Shown: positions 63,181 through 64,000 of the stretch, piece after piece
Layout: every line of letters starts with the position of its first letter
Numbering within the stretch: the stretch's first letter is position 1
Source: Ascidiella aspersa
Lineage: Eukaryota
Reading direction: 5' to 3'
Assembly (NCBI GenBank): GCA_963924565.1
Contig: OZ004608.1
Location: 25,358,001-25,422,000, forward strand
Length of the DNA: 64,000 bases
Program-made: the position numbers and the translations under genes
Notes under the pieces: generated by a model
Databases searched by the model: none
Seen by the model: only the letters and a program-made list of their open reading frames with translations
What the model was told of the DNA's origin: nothing

Positions 63181-64000
63181 ACTATTCTTTATAGTTAAAA
63201 AATTCCTAAAACCTATGTTATGTTCAATGGCCGGAAGGCAAATTTCAAAAACGCTTTTTTAACTAACTTAACTAACAAGAGTATAAATATAGAGCAAACG
63301 TATAAATATATTGTTATCGAACATTACCGTACACAAAGTGAAAAAGGTAGACTAGAAAGTGGAAAGGGAGATATATCAACGCGCGAAACTATAATAAAAT
63401 ATCCATGTAAATGTATTTTGCATTTTGTGGTTGTTTGAATTTAAATTAATCTTGACTGCTGTCCTGAAAAAAAAATAGACAAAATGTAGAAAGTACAACT
63501 GTCGGGTCATTTTTACAAATATTCTATAAAAAGCCCTCAATGTTGTCTGACTTGAGTTTTAATTAGGTCCTAATCCGTCGTATATATTACAGTTTATGTC
63601 TGTCACAAGTTTAATTATCACAGCCCATTTTTGACGAACTATTGAGCGTTTCGTTTGACACTGGAAACCGTCGTTTCGGCTCGACTACCCGCCGACTTGG
63701 TTTTCCTGGGAGAATAAGGTTTTGTGTGACTTTTGCAACCTCCGTTTTCTCAGCCGTGCGTGATTTGTTTGTGCGCGATTTTTTGGGTGTTTTGTTTATA
63801 ACGAAAGCGCGGGCATTCCTACAGTTGGGAGCGAGAGTATCGAGCGCATTTTAAGGACAGTTTGCAATCTCGTGGTTAGAGACAAGCTGTACCCTAATGC
63901 GAGCACTTGGTGTGCATGTGTGTTTGCCTTATACTGATTGTCGGACTGTCTTGCTCAAGAACTTTAAGTCATTCCATATCCGTATAGCAGCTACTTCGGG

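Overview
Eukaryotic (metazoan, AT-rich, intron-dense) genomic DNA. It is plausibly an invertebrate chordate such as an ascidian, but this is inferred only from gene structure and repeat types. It holds two spliced genes on the minus strand. (1) Bases 1-~37.5 kb are the 5' half of a LAR-family (type IIa, PTPRD/F/S-like) receptor tyrosine phosphatase: signal peptide, Ig1-Ig3 and FN3 repeats 1-6, continuing past base 1. I reconstructed 17 phase-consistent GT-AG exons, including a 16 kb Ig1-Ig2 intron. (2) 46397-55452 is a complete 10-exon GPBP1/vasculin-like gene of about 488 aa. The rest is transposon debris: hAT MITEs with 8-bp TSDs, a decayed hAT transposase, a TA-flanked TIR element, a decayed Ty3/gypsy element with a SCAN-like capsid, and a 117-bp tandem array. 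The most interesting signal is a candidate alternative-splicing system in the LAR gene. Unannotated mini/micro-exon candidates sit in the introns matching the vertebrate meA, meB and meC positions, including a 9-nt meB-like exon and a 54-nt two-cysteine basic meC-like exon. There is also a 211-nt AG-exclusion zone before FN4 and a candidate internal promoter plus signal-peptide exon that would give an Ig1-less receptor. All of these are sequence-only predictions that need transcript data. Most ORFs in the supplied six-frame track are non-coding noise.
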